Notes under the pieces: model-generated
What the model saw: the letters and a program-made list of their open reading frames with translations, nothing else
Told to the model about the DNA's origin: nothing
The model's database searches: none
Position numbers and translations under genes: made by a program
Assembly (NCBI GenBank): GCA_965261085.1
Contig: OZ253442.1
Location: 2,944,001 to 3,008,000, forward strand
Length of the DNA: 64,000 nt
Source of the DNA: a bacterium
GTDB lineage: Bacteria > UBA8248
Direction: 5' to 3'
Part shown: piece after piece, positions 51,972-63,272 of the stretch
How the letters are laid out: each line of letters begins with the position of its first letter
Numbering within the stretch: the stretch's first letter is position 1

Positions 51972-53351
51972 GTGCCCGGCATCAACCCGCTCATCTTCAG
52001 GGAATACGACATTCGCGGCGTGGTGGAGAAAGACCTCACCACCGGGATCGTCGAGACCATCGGCGGCGCCCTCGGCACGCACCTGGGCGGCGCGCAAGGA
52101 GCCGCCATCGCCGTCGGGCGGGACAACCGCTTCTCCTCCCCCGATTTTTACGATGCGCTCCAAAAGGGACTCACCGCCACGGGCTGCCGCGTCATCGGGA
52201 TCGGCATGGTTCCCACCCCGGTGGTTTCCTTCGCGACGCACCACTTCGACGTGGCGGGAGCGGTGCAGATCACGGGTTCGCATAACCCGCCTGAATTCAA
52301 CGGCTTCAAGATCACCCGGGGACACGAGGCGATTCATGGCGCGGAAATCCAGGAAATAAGAAAAATCATCGAAGAGGGCCGGATTCACCGCGCAGAGACA
52401 CGGGGGACGTTCGAGGAAATCGACATCAGGCCCCAATACATCGAGCGCGCTTCTCAGGATATCGCGCTCTCGCGGCCCGTCAAGGTGGTCGTCGATGCGG
52501 GAAACGGCGTCGGCGGCACGGTGGCGCCCCAGGTGCTGAGAAACATCGGCGCCGAGGTGGTGGAGCTCTTCACCGAGCCGGACGCCTCCTATCCGAATCA
52601 CCACCCCGACCCCACGGTGCCCAAAAATCTGGAATCCCTGATATCGAAGGTGCGCGAAACGGGCGCCGAGGCGGGAATCGGGCTGGACGGGGACGGGGAC
52701 CGCATCGGCGCGGTGGACGCCAAGGGCAGAATCATCTGGGGGGATGAGTTGCTCATGCTCCTCGCTGCGCCCATTCTGGCGCGATGCCCGGGAGAGGCCA
52801 TCGTCTTCGACGTGAAGTGCTCATCGCGCCTGGCCGACGCCGTGAAACAGATGGGCGGGCGTCCGGTGATGAGCGCGACGGGCCACTCGCTCGTGCGCGC
52901 CAAGATAGTGGAGGAGAAAGCCCCCCTGGGCGGGGAGCTCTCCGGCCACATCTTTTTCGTGGATGGTTACCTGGGTTATGACGACGCCATCTACACCGCC
53001 GCCAGGCTCTTGCATCTTCTTTGCGACTCAGAGGAAACGCTCGCCGAGCGGGTCTCTAAAATCCCCACTTCGGTCTCCACGCCCGAGATCAGGGTCGCGT
53101 GTCCGGATGAGGAGAAATTCGAGATCGTCGAGAACCTAAAGATACACTTTAAGAAACTTTACGAAACTATTGAAGTTGATGGCGCGCGCATCAACTTCGA
53201 GAAAGGCTGGGGTCTCATTCGGGCATCGAACACGCAGCCCGTCCTCGTCATGCGCTTCGAGGCGCTCGATGAACCCTCCCTGCAGGCATACCAGAGCGAA
53301 GTATACGAGGAGATAAAAAAATATCCCGCCGTCTCCCTGCCAGATGCGTAG
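51972..53351 (+). CDS. Phosphomannomutase/phosphoglucomutase (AlgC-like)
   Basis: IFREYDIRG, ITGSHNP, DGDGDR, GELSGH, LIRASNTQP. Confidence 0.94.
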   Translation: MPGINPLIFREYDIRGVVEKDLTTGIVETIGGALGTHLGGAQGAAIAVGRDNRFSSPDFYDALQKGLTATGCRVIGIGMVPTPVVSFATHHFDVAGAVQITGSHNPPEFNGFKITRGHEAIHGAEIQEIRKIIEEGRIHRAETRGTFEEIDIRPQYIERASQDIALSRPVKVVVDAGNGVGGTVAPQVLRNIGAEVVELFTEPDASYPNHHPDPTVPKNLESLISKVRETGAEAGIGLDGDGDRIGAVDAKGRIIWGDELLMLLAAPILARCPGEAIVFDVKCSSRLADAVKQMGGRPVMSATGHSLVRAKIVEEKAPLGGELSGHIFFVDGYLGYDDAIYTAARLLHLLCDSEETLAERVSKIPTSVSTPEIRVACPDEEKFEIVENLKIHFKKLYETIEVDGARINFEKGWGLIRASNTQPVLVMRFEALDEPSLQAYQSEVYEEIKKYPAVSLPDA

Positions 53352-53931
53352 ACTTCGCGCACTTTATGACTGGGTGCTGAGCTGGGCGGATTCGCGCTAC
53401 GCCCTGCCCGCCCTCATCATCGTATCGACCACGGAATCCATCTTCTTCCCCATACCGCCGGACCCGCTCCTGATGGCCCTGGCGCTTTCCAGACCGCAAA
53501 AAGCGTATCTCTACGCCGCCGTCTGCTCGGCATCCTCCGTTGTGGGCGGCGCGCTGGGCTACCTCATCGGCTTTTATCTCTTAAAAAGCATCGGTGAGCC
53601 CATCATCGCGTTCTACGGCGTGGCCGATAAATTCCAGCTCGTCCAGGAATACTACCGCGCCTATGACGCCTGGGCGGTGGGAATCGCAGGCTTCACGCCT
53701 ATCCCCTATAAAGTGTTCACGATTTCGGCGGGCGCGTTCGAAATAAACTTTCTCGTTTTCCTCATCGCATCGACCTTAAGCCGCTCGGCGCGCTTTTTCA
53801 TCGAGGCCGCGCTCATCCACCGATTCGGCCCGCCGATAAGAAGTTTCATTGATCGCTACTTTAATTTATTGACCATTCTATTTATCGTATTGCTCTTGGG
53901 CGGTTTTCTCCTGTTCAAAGGATTCTTCTAG
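53344..53931 (+). CDS. YqaA/DedA (VTT domain) membrane protein
   Basis: TESIFFPIPPDPLL, AGFTPIPYKVFTISAG, SRSARFF. Confidence 0.88.
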   Translation: MRRLRALYDWVLSWADSRYALPALIIVSTTESIFFPIPPDPLLMALALSRPQKAYLYAAVCSASSVVGGALGYLIGFYLLKSIGEPIIAFYGVADKFQLVQEYYRAYDAWAVGIAGFTPIPYKVFTISAGAFEINFLVFLIASTLSRSARFFIEAALIHRFGPPIRSFIDRYFNLLTILFIVLLLGGFLLFKGFF

Positions 53932-55046
53932 TGGCCCGACGGAACACGCCCCCCTTGTGGGCGGTCATCATGGCAGGCGGTTCGGGAACGCGCTTCTGGC
54001 CCGTGAGCAGAAAAGCGAAGCCCAAACAATTTCTGCCCCCGGGCGGGGGGATTCCTCCGAAAAACGCCGGCCCATCGCTGCTCGAACTCACGCTCAAGCG
54101 CTCGCGCGGCCTCGTACCGCCCGAGCGAACGCTCGTCATGGCCTCGGCGGCCCACCGGAAATTCTTGAGAAAACTCGATATCCCCAAAGGCAACGTCGTC
54201 TATGAGCCTGCGGCGAGAAACACCGCTCCCTGCCTCGGCCTGGCGGCCCGCCTCATCGAATCGAGGGAGCCTGGCGCGACGATGTGCGCCCTCCCCGCAG
54301 ACCAGTTCATCGCAAAAACGAGAGCGTTTAGAAAACTCATCAAGACGGGCGCGCGTCTGGCCAGTGAGCACGGGGCCATCGTCTCGCTCGGGGTGACGCC
54401 GCACTCGCCCGAAACCGGCTTCGGCTACATCGAGCGCGGCCGCCGTCTTACGGACGCGGGTGAAAACGAGGCGTTCCGCGTGAAAAGTTTCCGGGAAAAA
54501 CCCCCGCTCTACCGGGCCAGAAAGTATGCGGCTTCCGGAAAACACTACTGGAACAGCGGCATTTTCATCTCCCAGGCCGCCCGCCTGATCGATGAACTCG
54601 AGGCCCACCTGCCCCGGATGAACGCGCTCTTGAAACGGGCGGCAACCGCATACGAGAAGCGCGACGCCGCTTCTTTCGCGAAATTCTGGGTGAAGTGTGA
54701 ATCCATCAGCATCGATCACGCGGTGATGGAGAAAACGCGCAATCTCATCGTCTTGCCGGCCGATGTCGACTGGAGCGATTTGGGCACGTGGCCCGCCCTT
54801 CGAGGCGTCCTGCCGCGCGATAAGGCAGGCAACGTCTGGATGCTGCCCAAGGGAGGCGAAACCGAATCCATCGACGCGAAGAACCTGATCGTCCGCTCAA
54901 ACAAGAAGTTCGTCGCCGCCATCGGGGTCGAGGACGTCATCATCATCGAGACGGACGATGCTCTCTTAATCTGTTCGATTGCGGATGCGGAAAAGATAGG
55001 CGAGATGGTCAAAAACCTTGGGCGTGGCGACGCCAGATTTCTATGA
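53931..55046 (+). CDS. manC: Mannose-1-phosphate guanylyltransferase (no C-terminal PMI cupin)
   Basis: MAGGSGTRFWPVSR..PKQFL, EPAARNTAP, PETGFGYI, WNSGIF, SIDHAVME, WSDLGTW. Confidence 0.92.
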   Translation: MARRNTPPLWAVIMAGGSGTRFWPVSRKAKPKQFLPPGGGIPPKNAGPSLLELTLKRSRGLVPPERTLVMASAAHRKFLRKLDIPKGNVVYEPAARNTAPCLGLAARLIESREPGATMCALPADQFIAKTRAFRKLIKTGARLASEHGAIVSLGVTPHSPETGFGYIERGRRLTDAGENEAFRVKSFREKPPLYRARKYAASGKHYWNSGIFISQAARLIDELEAHLPRMNALLKRAATAYEKRDAASFAKFWVKCESISIDHAVMEKTRNLIVLPADVDWSDLGTWPALRGVLPRDKAGNVWMLPKGGETESIDAKNLIVRSNKKFVAAIGVEDVIIIETDDALLICSIADAEKIGEMVKNLGRGDARFL

Positions 55047-55068
55047 TCCGCTTACTGGAAACGTGAAC

Positions 55069-55875
55069 ATGCTCTGGGAACACGCCCTCATTCTCGGCAT
55101 CGTGCAAGGCCTCACCGAGTTTCTGCCGGTGAGCAGCTCGGGGCATCTCGTTTTGGGGCAGAGCATTCTCGGGCTGAAAGAACCCGAGTTGCTCTTCGAC
55201 GTCCTGCTACACGTCGGCACGCTCGCCGCCGTCCTCATCTTCTACGGAAAAGACCTCTGGCGCATCGCGCGGGGCTGGTGCGCGTCCCTGGTGGGCAAAG
55301 ATCCGGGCGACGGCGCAGCCAAAATGGGCTGGCTTTTGATTCTCGGCTCGGTCCCTGCGGGAATCGTGGGCGTCTTTCTGGGTGATCTGGTCGAGCAGAT
55401 GTTCGCCTCGCCCAGGCTCGCCGCCTGCGCGCTGCTCGTAACCGGCGGCATTTTATACTTGAGCAAGCCCGGAGAAGACGCGGGCCGGGGCGAAGCGCAA
55501 ATGACGGCCACAGACGCCCTCATCATCGGCATTTTCCAGGCGTTCGCCATCGTTCCGGGAATCTCCCGCTCGGGCGCGACCATCGCCGCCGCCCTCATGC
55601 GCGGCGTGGCGCGCGAGCAAGCCGCGCGCTTCAGCTTCCTGCTTTCCGTGCCCGCGATTTCGGGCGCATTCCTGCTCAAGATTAAAGACCTGGAAGGTCC
55701 TCTCGGCACGAAACTGCTCCCCTACGCCGTCGGCGCCATCGCCTCGGCGGTCGTGGGGGCCATCGCCCTGGGCTGGCTCATCCGGATCGTCCGAGGCGGC
55801 AATCTGGCGCGCTTCCGCTATTACTGCTGGGGCGCGGGCTCACTCTCCCTGCTCTACCTCTTCACGAAAGGCTAG
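55069..55875 (+). CDS. uppP: Undecaprenyl-diphosphate phosphatase (BacA)
   Basis: GIVQGLTEFLPVSSSGHL, PGISRSGATI, AARFSFLLSVPA. Confidence 0.96.
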   Translation: MLWEHALILGIVQGLTEFLPVSSSGHLVLGQSILGLKEPELLFDVLLHVGTLAAVLIFYGKDLWRIARGWCASLVGKDPGDGAAKMGWLLILGSVPAGIVGVFLGDLVEQMFASPRLAACALLVTGGILYLSKPGEDAGRGEAQMTATDALIIGIFQAFAIVPGISRSGATIAAALMRGVAREQAARFSFLLSVPAISGAFLLKIKDLEGPLGTKLLPYAVGAIASAVVGAIALGWLIRIVRGGNLARFRYYCWGAGSLSLLYLFTKG

Positions 55876-55887
55876 CGGGCGTCTCGC

Positions 55888-56502
55888 CTAGCGCATGGGC
55901 GAGAAGGAAGCGGGCACCCAGATCTCCGAATTCTGCTTGTCCAGGAACGGACGCGAACCCGGAGGCCAGTTCGGCAACTCAAGCGCTTTCTTGCGAGTCT
56001 CGGCGCGATGGTTCAAGTCCTCATACGCCCAGACGTGAATCCACTGGTTCAGGGGGCCCATGTCGGTCATGAAGAGCGCCGCCAGCGGGGAGAGTTCTTC
56101 TCTCGCCGCGATGTGCTCGGTCCAGCGGCTCAACACCTCGCCCGTCTTTCCGGGCTGCACGGTGTAGGTTCTGAACTCATAGACGCCGCCGTAGGCTCCC
56201 AGGCGCGGTTCGGGCCGGAACGGGGGGGCCGTCAAAACCGCGCTCTCCTGTTCGAGAATGAGGTGCCCGTTGGGCGGCGGCCACCAGTCCATCGATACCG
56301 TCTTGGCCCGCACCTCGGCGCGGTGGTCCATGCTCTCGTACTGCCAGATGTGCCTGACGCGGTTCAGGTCCCCGACCTCGGTATGGAAAAATCCCATAAT
56401 CGGAGAAACTTCGTTTCTCTTTTCGATGACTTTTGAAAAATTCTCCTCGAACTCTTCCGCGCCGCCGACGGTCAACCTATAAGTGCGCATTTCGTAGATC
56501 AT
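55888..56502 (-). CDS. Two-domain NIPSNAP family protein
   Basis: Duplicated (I/V)YE.RTY...T(E/D).G.LN...H.W.YE..HRAE.R units; C-terminal PASFSPMR. Confidence 0.88.
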   Translation of the reverse strand: MIYEMRTYRLTVGGAEEFEENFSKVIEKRNEVSPIMGFFHTEVGDLNRVRHIWQYESMDHRAEVRAKTVSMDWWPPPNGHLILEQESAVLTAPPFRPEPRLGAYGGVYEFRTYTVQPGKTGEVLSRWTEHIAAREELSPLAALFMTDMGPLNQWIHVWAYEDLNHRAETRKKALELPNWPPGSRPFLDKQNSEIWVPASFSPMR

Positions 56503-56547
56503 GCAAAATCTCCTCCGGGATGGTTTCAGAAAAAAGGGTTCGTCCAA

Positions 56548-56576
56548 AGTGTAGGCCCTGGCGGCCCGGCGGGCAA
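56548..56576 (-). promoter_or_regulatory. Putative sigma70 promoter for the NIPSNAP gene
   Basis: Minus strand TTGCCC-17 nt-TACACT; GGAGGAG RBS downstream. Confidence 0.4.
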
Positions 56577-56634
56577 GGACGCGAGGACTTTTCTCGCTCC
56601 GGCAAACTCACGAAGCGCGAGAGGCTATGCGTCT

Positions 56635-57331
<697 letters not shown>

Positions 57332-57339
<8 letters not shown>

Positions 57340-58108
57340 CGGAAGTCCCCAGATAGGCTTCCAGAACTTTCGGGTCGCGCCGCACCTCGGCGGGGGTTCC
57401 GTCCGCAATCTTCTCCCCGTGGTCCAGCACCACCACGCGATCCGAGATGCCCATGACCACCTTCATGTCGTGTTCGATCAGCAAAATGGTGACGCCGCGA
57501 TCGCGAATCGCCAGTATCAACTCGTTGAGCACGCTCTTCTCGCTCGGGTTCATGCCGGCGGCGGGCTCATCGAGCAGCAAGAGGCTGGGCTCGCTCGCCA
57601 GGGCGCGGGCAATCTCAAGCCTTCTCTGATCCCCGTAGGAAAGCGCCTCCGCCACGCCCGAGGCGTAGGCGTCGATGCCCGTGAACTCGAGCAACTCCAT
57701 GGCCTCGGCCACCGCCAGACGCTCCTCGGCCACCATGCCGGGGAGCCTGAAAATTGCGCCGACCGGGCCGGTGCGCATCTTACAGTGGCGCCCGATCAGG
57801 ACGTTTTCCAGCACCGTCATCCCCCGGAACAGACGAATGTTCTGGAACGTGCGCGCGATGCCCCGGCTCGTGACGGCGCTGGGCTTTAAGCCCACGAGGT
57901 TTTTGCCCTTGAATATGACGTCGCCTTCCGTGGGGGCGTACAAGCCTGTCACCACGTTGAAGGCCGTCGTCTTGCCGGCGCCGTTCGGGCCGATGAGGCC
58001 GAGCACCTCGCCCTCGTGCACTATCAGGTCCAGAGAATCGAGCGCCACCACGCCGCCGAAACGCCGCGTGAGCTTCTTCAACATCAAAAGACGCACTATC
58101 GGGCTCAT
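57332..58108 (-). CDS. livG: Branched-chain amino acid ABC transporter ATPase LivG
   Basis: GPNGAGKTT, GIARTFQNIRLF, LSYGDQRRLEIARAL, DEPAAGMN. Confidence 0.92.
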
Positions 58109-59286
58109 TTCCCCGCTCCCGCCTTGTCTTGAGGTTCATCCCGTTCGAGAAGATATCGCCGGCTCTTGGCCTGCAGAAGTCCCTGGGGTCTCAGCACCAT
58201 CATGAGCACCATGGCGCTGCCGAGGAGCATGGGCCGGAAAAGCGTCAATTCCCTGAGCACCTCGGGCAGCACGGTGAGAATGAACGCGCCGAGCATCACG
58301 CCCGGAATGCTCGCCATGCCGCCCAGCACCACCATGCACAAGATGATGACGGATTCAAAAAACGTAAAACTCTCCGGCGATATGAACGTCTGCTTCGCGG
58401 CGAAGACGACGCCGCCGAATCCCGCCCAGGCCGCCCCGAAGGCGAAAGCGGAGAGTTTCGTGTAGACGATGTTGACGCCCATGCACTCGGCCACCGTCTC
58501 GTCCTCGCGCATGGCCGCCCAGGCGCGGCCCAGGCGGCTCTTGTCTAGCCGGTTCACGATGAAGATGGTGACGATGCATAAAACCACAACGAGGTAGTAG
58601 AAGTGCATGGGCTTGTACAGGCGCATCTCGCCCAGATAAGGACGCCCGATGCCCAGGATGCCGTTCGGGCCTTGCGTCACGTTGTCCCAGTTGTTCAGAA
58701 CCAGGCGGATGATTTCGCCGAAACCGAGCGTGACGATGGCGAGATAATCGCCCCTAAGCCTCAGGACGGGGATTCCCAGAATGACCCCGAACACCGCGGA
58801 GCAGGCCACGCCCACCCCTAAGGCCGGCCAGAAGGAAAGCCCGTACCAACTGTTCAAAAGAGCGTAGGAATAAGCCCCCACGGCGTAGAATGCCACATAG
58901 CCCAAATCCAGAAGCCCGGCGAAGCCGACCACCACGTTGAGCCCCAGAGCGAGCATGGTGTAGATGCCGGTGATGACGAGCACGTCGGTGGAGTAGCGAT
59001 CAAGCGTCCAGGGCAGCGCGATGATGAGGAGCAGAAAGAGGCCCCGGTAGCGCTTGTCGCAGGATTTCTCCTCGATCAACCCCCAGGCGAATGAGAAGCC
59101 TGCCTTGATGCGCTGCGCAGGCCCCGCCAGCGAGCCGGACTGCACACTCGCCCGCGCCAGGCTCACCACAAGGACGACTACGGCGCAGCCCAAGCCTATC
59201 CAGAGGCTGTTCTTCCACCCCGCAAGCGGCAGCGCCAAAAAGGCGAACCACAGACCAATCAGCGGGACCCTCGCGTATGCGCTCAT
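58105..59286 (-). CDS. livM: Branched-chain amino acid ABC transporter permease LivM
   Basis: GFAGLLDLGYVAFYAVGAY, LRLRGDYLAIVTLGFGEI. Confidence 0.92.
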   Translation of the reverse strand: MSAYARVPLIGLWFAFLALPLAGWKNSLWIGLGCAVVVLVVSLARASVQSGSLAGPAQRIKAGFSFAWGLIEEKSCDKRYRGLFLLLIIALPWTLDRYSTDVLVITGIYTMLALGLNVVVGFAGLLDLGYVAFYAVGAYSYALLNSWYGLSFWPALGVGVACSAVFGVILGIPVLRLRGDYLAIVTLGFGEIIRLVLNNWDNVTQGPNGILGIGRPYLGEMRLYKPMHFYYLVVVLCIVTIFIVNRLDKSRLGRAWAAMREDETVAECMGVNIVYTKLSAFAFGAAWAGFGGVVFAAKQTFISPESFTFFESVIILCMVVLGGMASIPGVMLGAFILTVLPEVLRELTLFRPMLLGSAMVLMMVLRPQGLLQAKSRRYLLERDEPQDKAGAGK

Positions 59287-60188
59287 GTTCTGTCCGCTCC
59301 GCCCGAGCCGCCCAGGATTCCCTCGGGCCGGAAGATGAGAACGACCACCAGCACCAAGAACGCGAAGACGTCCTTATATACCGCGGAGACGTATCCCGCC
59401 CAGAAACTCTCCAGAAACGCCAGCAGAAAGCCGCCCAGGAACGCTCCCGTCACGTTGCCGATGCCTCCCAGGACGGCGGCGGTGAAAGCCTTCATCCCCG
59501 CGACGAAGCCGATGTGATGGTTCACGATCCCGTAGTACATCCCCACCATCACGCCGGCCACGGCGGCCAGAACGGAGCCGATGGCGAACGTGGCCGCAAT
59601 CACCTGGTTCACGTTCACGCCGACGAGTGAGGCCATCGTCCTGTCCTGCGCGGTGGCGCGCATGGCCTTGCCGAGCTTCGTCTTCTTGATGAAAAGCTGG
59701 AGCGCGGCCATGAGGCCCAGAGCCAGGATGAGGATGAAGATCTGAAGCCCGTTCACGTAAGCGCCGAAGAGCTGGAAACTCCCCAGTTCTAGCAGATTGG
59801 GAAACGCCTTGTCGCGCGCTCCCTGCACGACCTGCACGTAGTTCTGCAGAAACAGGCTCATGCCTATCGCGCTGATGAGCGGGGAGAGCCTCGGCGCGTT
59901 CCGCAACGGACGGTAGGCCACGCGCTCGAGCGTGATGCCGTACGCGGCGCAATAGATCATCGGGATGAGGAAGACGAGAACGATGCTCAGCCCCAGGCTC
60001 GTCTGCGTGAGGCCCATGCTCCCCAGCACCGCCAGGACGGCGATGCCCACGTACGCGCCAATCATGTAGATTTCGCCGTGGGCGAAATTGATGAGCTGTA
60101 AAATCCCGTAGACGAGCGTGTAGCCCAGGGCGATCAGGGAGTACACCGCGCCGACGACGAGGCCATTCACCAACTGTTGCGCAAACAT
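59283..60188 (-). CDS. livH: Branched-chain amino acid ABC transporter permease LivH
   Basis: ALGYTLVYGILQLINFAHGE, KAFTAAVLGGIG. Confidence 0.93.
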   Translation of the reverse strand: MFAQQLVNGLVVGAVYSLIALGYTLVYGILQLINFAHGEIYMIGAYVGIAVLAVLGSMGLTQTSLGLSIVLVFLIPMIYCAAYGITLERVAYRPLRNAPRLSPLISAIGMSLFLQNYVQVVQGARDKAFPNLLELGSFQLFGAYVNGLQIFILILALGLMAALQLFIKKTKLGKAMRATAQDRTMASLVGVNVNQVIAATFAIGSVLAAVAGVMVGMYYGIVNHHIGFVAGMKAFTAAVLGGIGNVTGAFLGGFLLAFLESFWAGYVSAVYKDVFAFLVLVVVLIFRPEGILGGSGGADRT

Positions 60189-60215
60189 AGAGAAATCTTT
60201 ACATATTTAGGAGAC

Positions 60216-60246
60216 AAAAAAGAAGGGGAGGCTTTCGCCTCCCCCT
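60216..60246 (-). terminator. Terminator-like or stabilising hairpin between the binding-protein gene and livH
   Basis: ggggaggc-tttc-gcctcccc perfect 8-bp stem, followed on the minus strand by a U-rich run. Confidence 0.7.
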
Positions 60247-60272
60247 CATGATTCAACACGGCGATGCTCGCC

Positions 60273-61397
60273 CTAATTGATCTGCACGAATTTCGCCCCC
60301 TTCACCCGCCAGAACACATAGGGGCTCTCCAGGACGTCTCCCTTCTTGTTGAACTGGAGTTTGCCCAGCGACGTGTTCCAGGGCTTGCTCCGCAGATGGG
60401 CTGACAGCTTGGCCCCCTTGGTGCTGCCCGTGGCCTGAATCGCGTTCAGAATCAGGTTCGTGGCCACATAACTGTAAATGGTGTAGGCGCCCACTTCCTT
60501 ACCGTAGCGCTTGCGGTGATTCTTGAGGACGTTCTGGGCCGCCGCGATTTTCTTCTGGTCCGGCGGGAACGTCAAATAAGTGCCCTCGGCGGACTTACCG
60601 GCGATCTTGTAGTATTCATCCACGAAAATGCCGTCGCCGCTCATGAAGAGGGTCTTCATGCCGAGGCGCTCGCGCATCTGTTTTACCAGCAAAATGGCCT
60701 CGGGGTGGATGCCGCCGAAATAGACCGCTTCGGGGTTCTTCTGCTTGGCGGCCGTCAGCACCGGCGTGTAGTCCTTGTCCCCCTGCACGACGCCGCTGTA
60801 GAAGACGGCCTTGACGCCTCTTTTCTCCAGGAACCGTTTCGTCTCGTCGGCCAAACCCTGTCCATACGTGGTCTTGTCGTGGAGAATGGCGATGCGCTTG
60901 AGCTTGAGCGTGTCCACGATGTAGTTCGCCGCCACTTCTCCTTGCTGATCGTCGCGGCCGCAGACGCGGAACACCGTCGAGAAACCCTGCTCGGTGAGCT
61001 TGGGATTCGTGGACGCCGGCGTGATCTGAACGACACCCGCTTCCGCATACACGGTGGAGGCCGGAATGGAGACCGAACTGTTGAAATGGCCGACGATGCC
61101 GACGGCGCCCGAGTTCACGAACTTGTGCGCGATCGACACCCCTTCCCTGGGGTCGTGGCGATCATCGCCCCACAGAATATCCACCTTCATCTTCTTGCCG
61201 CCGACGCTCACGCCGCCCTTGGCGTTCCATTCCTCCACCGCGAGGGTCGCGCCGTTTTTCAGCATCTCGCCGAACGCCGCCTGATCGCCGGTGAGCGGCC
61301 CGGCCACGCCTATCTTGAGCGTTGCCGCCTGCACGGACGATCCCAGAAATACGGCGGCTACCAGAATAACCAAACCATGAAACACCCTTTTCCACAT
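60273..61397 (-). CDS. Branched-chain amino acid ABC transporter substrate-binding protein (LivJ/LivK family)
   Basis: Signal peptide, KIGVAGPLTG, GHFNSSVSIPAS, TPASTNPKLT, FRVCGRDDQQG, HDKTTYGQGLA. Confidence 0.92.
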   Translation of the reverse strand: MWKRVFHGLVILVAAVFLGSSVQAATLKIGVAGPLTGDQAAFGEMLKNGATLAVEEWNAKGGVSVGGKKMKVDILWGDDRHDPREGVSIAHKFVNSGAVGIVGHFNSSVSIPASTVYAEAGVVQITPASTNPKLTEQGFSTVFRVCGRDDQQGEVAANYIVDTLKLKRIAILHDKTTYGQGLADETKRFLEKRGVKAVFYSGVVQGDKDYTPVLTAAKQKNPEAVYFGGIHPEAILLVKQMRERLGMKTLFMSGDGIFVDEYYKIAGKSAEGTYLTFPPDQKKIAAAQNVLKNHRKRYGKEVGAYTIYSYVATNLILNAIQATGSTKGAKLSAHLRSKPWNTSLGKLQFNKKGDVLESPYVFWRVKGAKFVQIN

Positions 61398-61535
61398 GTC
61401 CTGTTCTCCTTTGATGATTCGGAATTCCCTGGAACCAAGGGGCGCACAGCTATGAGAACGCCTTTTCACCCTTGGCGATTCGCCCTGGCGACAATCATGT
61501 TTTTCCAAAGTACGTGACCCTATCCTCTCGTATGA

Positions 61536-61563
61536 CGATACGATAAGAATAAACGGCTTTCAA
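61536..61563 (-). promoter_or_regulatory. Putative sigma70 promoter for the liv operon
   Basis: Minus strand TTGAAA-17 nt-TATCGT with an A-rich UP-like tract upstream. Confidence 0.4.
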
Positions 61564-61602
61564 GATTTTTTTTGAAGATTTTACTTGACAAGAGACCGCC
61601 CA

Positions 61603-62169
61603 CTAGGCCGTCTTCACGCGCTCTATGTATTCCCCCGTGCGCGTGTCGATCTTCAGCACGTCGCCCTCGTTCAGGAACAAGGGAACGGTGACCGTCGCGC
61701 CCGTCTCGAGTTCCGCCTGCTTGGTCGCGCCCGTCGCCGTATCGCCCCGAACGCCGGGCTCGGTCTTCTTGATCGCCAACTCCACGAACGTGGGCATCTC
61801 GACCGAAATCGCATCGCCCTTGTAGAAGAGAATATCGACTATCGTCTCCTCGCGCAGCAGTTTCATGCTGTCGCCGAGTTTCTCCTCCACCAACCCGGTC
61901 TGATCGTAGGTCTGCGTGTCCATGAAATAGAGGATATCGCCGTCGTGGTAGAGATACTGCATCTGTTTTTGCTCGACCCCTGGGTCTCCCACGGACTCGC
62001 CCGAGCGGAACGTTTTTTCCAGAACGCGGCCCGTCCTGAGATTCTTGAGCTTCGTGCGCACGAAAGCCCCGCCCTTGCCGGGCTTCACGTGCTGGAACTC
62101 CACGATGATGAAAGGCTCGTTATCGATCTCAATTTTCAGTCCGTTTCGAAAATCACTTGTCGAGGGCAT
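61603..62169 (-). CDS. efp: Elongation factor P
   Basis: [31 protein letters not shown]. Confidence 0.97.
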   Translation of the reverse strand: MPSTSDFRNGLKIEIDNEPFIIVEFQHVKPGKGGAFVRTKLKNLRTGRVLEKTFRSGESVGDPGVEQKQMQYLYHDGDILYFMDTQTYDQTGLVEEKLGDSMKLLREETIVDILFYKGDAISVEMPTFVELAIKKTEPGVRGDTATGATKQAELETGATVTVPLFLNEGDVLKIDTRTGEYIERVKTA

Positions 62170-62201
62170 CGAATCAAAAAACCTCCTGATGATGAAAATG
62201 T

Positions 62202-63272
62202 TTATAAAACAACGAGTTCTTTCGTTACCGAACGGGTGAGGACCTCCTTCCCCCGCTCGGTGACGAGAACCATATCCTCGATTCTCACGCCGCCCCAGCG
62301 GGGCAGATATATGCCGGGCTCCACCGTCACCACCATGCCGGGCTTAAGCTCCTCCTTCACGCCCGGCCCGAGCCGGGGAGCTTCGTGGATATAGAGCCCC
62401 AGGCCGTGGCCCGTCCCGTGCCCGAAGGCCTCGCCGTAGCCATACGCCGTGATGACGTCGCGCGCGGCCTTATCCACGTCCCCGCACAAGGCGCCCGGCT
62501 TCACGGCTTCGAGCGCCGTCATCTGGGCTTCCAGGACGATTTCGTATATCTTCTCGCCCTTGGGCGACGGCTTGCCGAGGGAGAACACCCGCGTCGTATC
62601 CGCATGGTAGCCCGACACCACGGCGCCGAAATCGATGGTGATGAGGTCTCCCTTCTTGAGCTTTCTCGACGAGGCGATGCCGTGCGGCAGGGCCGAGCGC
62701 GGGCCCGAGGCGACGATGGTGTCGAAAGCAGGGGCTGTGGCCCCTCTTCTCCTCATAGCGATTTCAAGATCGAGCGCGACGTCCGTTTCGGCGCGGCCCG
62801 GGCGAATCGCCTGTGCGATCTCGCTCAATGCCCCGGCGTTCACCCTGGCGCCTCGCCTTAGTTTTTGAATTTCGCCCGCATCCTTGCAAAGCCGCAAATC
62901 CTCCAGGAGGCCCGAGACGGGTTTTAAGCGCACTCCCTTGGCGAGTTTTCTCATCTGCCGGAAAACCGCGTGGGTGACGTGCGCCTCCTCGAAGGCGAGC
63001 GCTTTCGCTCTCGTTTTTCCGAGTTCTTTCACGATGCCCTGAATCGGGGAGGCATGCTCGGCGCGGCGATAATCGGCCGACACCTGCTTCGCCGCCTGTG
63101 AGCGATACCTGAAATCCGTGATGAAGACGGCGCTTCGCGGAGAAATCAAACACGCACCGGCCGAGCCGGTGAATCCGGTGAGATAGTGGATGTTCCTCAT
63201 GTTCGTCACGGCAAGGGCGGAGAGACCCTCCCGCCGCATCGCCTTTCTCACCGCGCGCAGACGCTGCTTCAT
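62202..63272 (-). CDS. Xaa-Pro aminopeptidase (M24 family)
   Basis: [50 protein letters not shown]; start set at ATG 63272. Confidence 0.93.
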   Translation of the reverse strand: MKQRLRAVRKAMRREGLSALAVTNMRNIHYLTGFTGSAGACLISPRSAVFITDFRYRSQAAKQVSADYRRAEHASPIQGIVKELGKTRAKALAFEEAHVTHAVFRQMRKLAKGVRLKPVSGLLEDLRLCKDAGEIQKLRRGARVNAGALSEIAQAIRPGRAETDVALDLEIAMRRRGATAPAFDTIVASGPRSALPHGIASSRKLKKGDLITIDFGAVVSGYHADTTRVFSLGKPSPKGEKIYEIVLEAQMTALEAVKPGALCGDVDKAARDVITAYGYGEAFGHGTGHGLGLYIHEAPRLGPGVKEELKPGMVVTVEPGIYLPRWGGVRIEDMVLVTERGKEVLTRSVTKELVVL

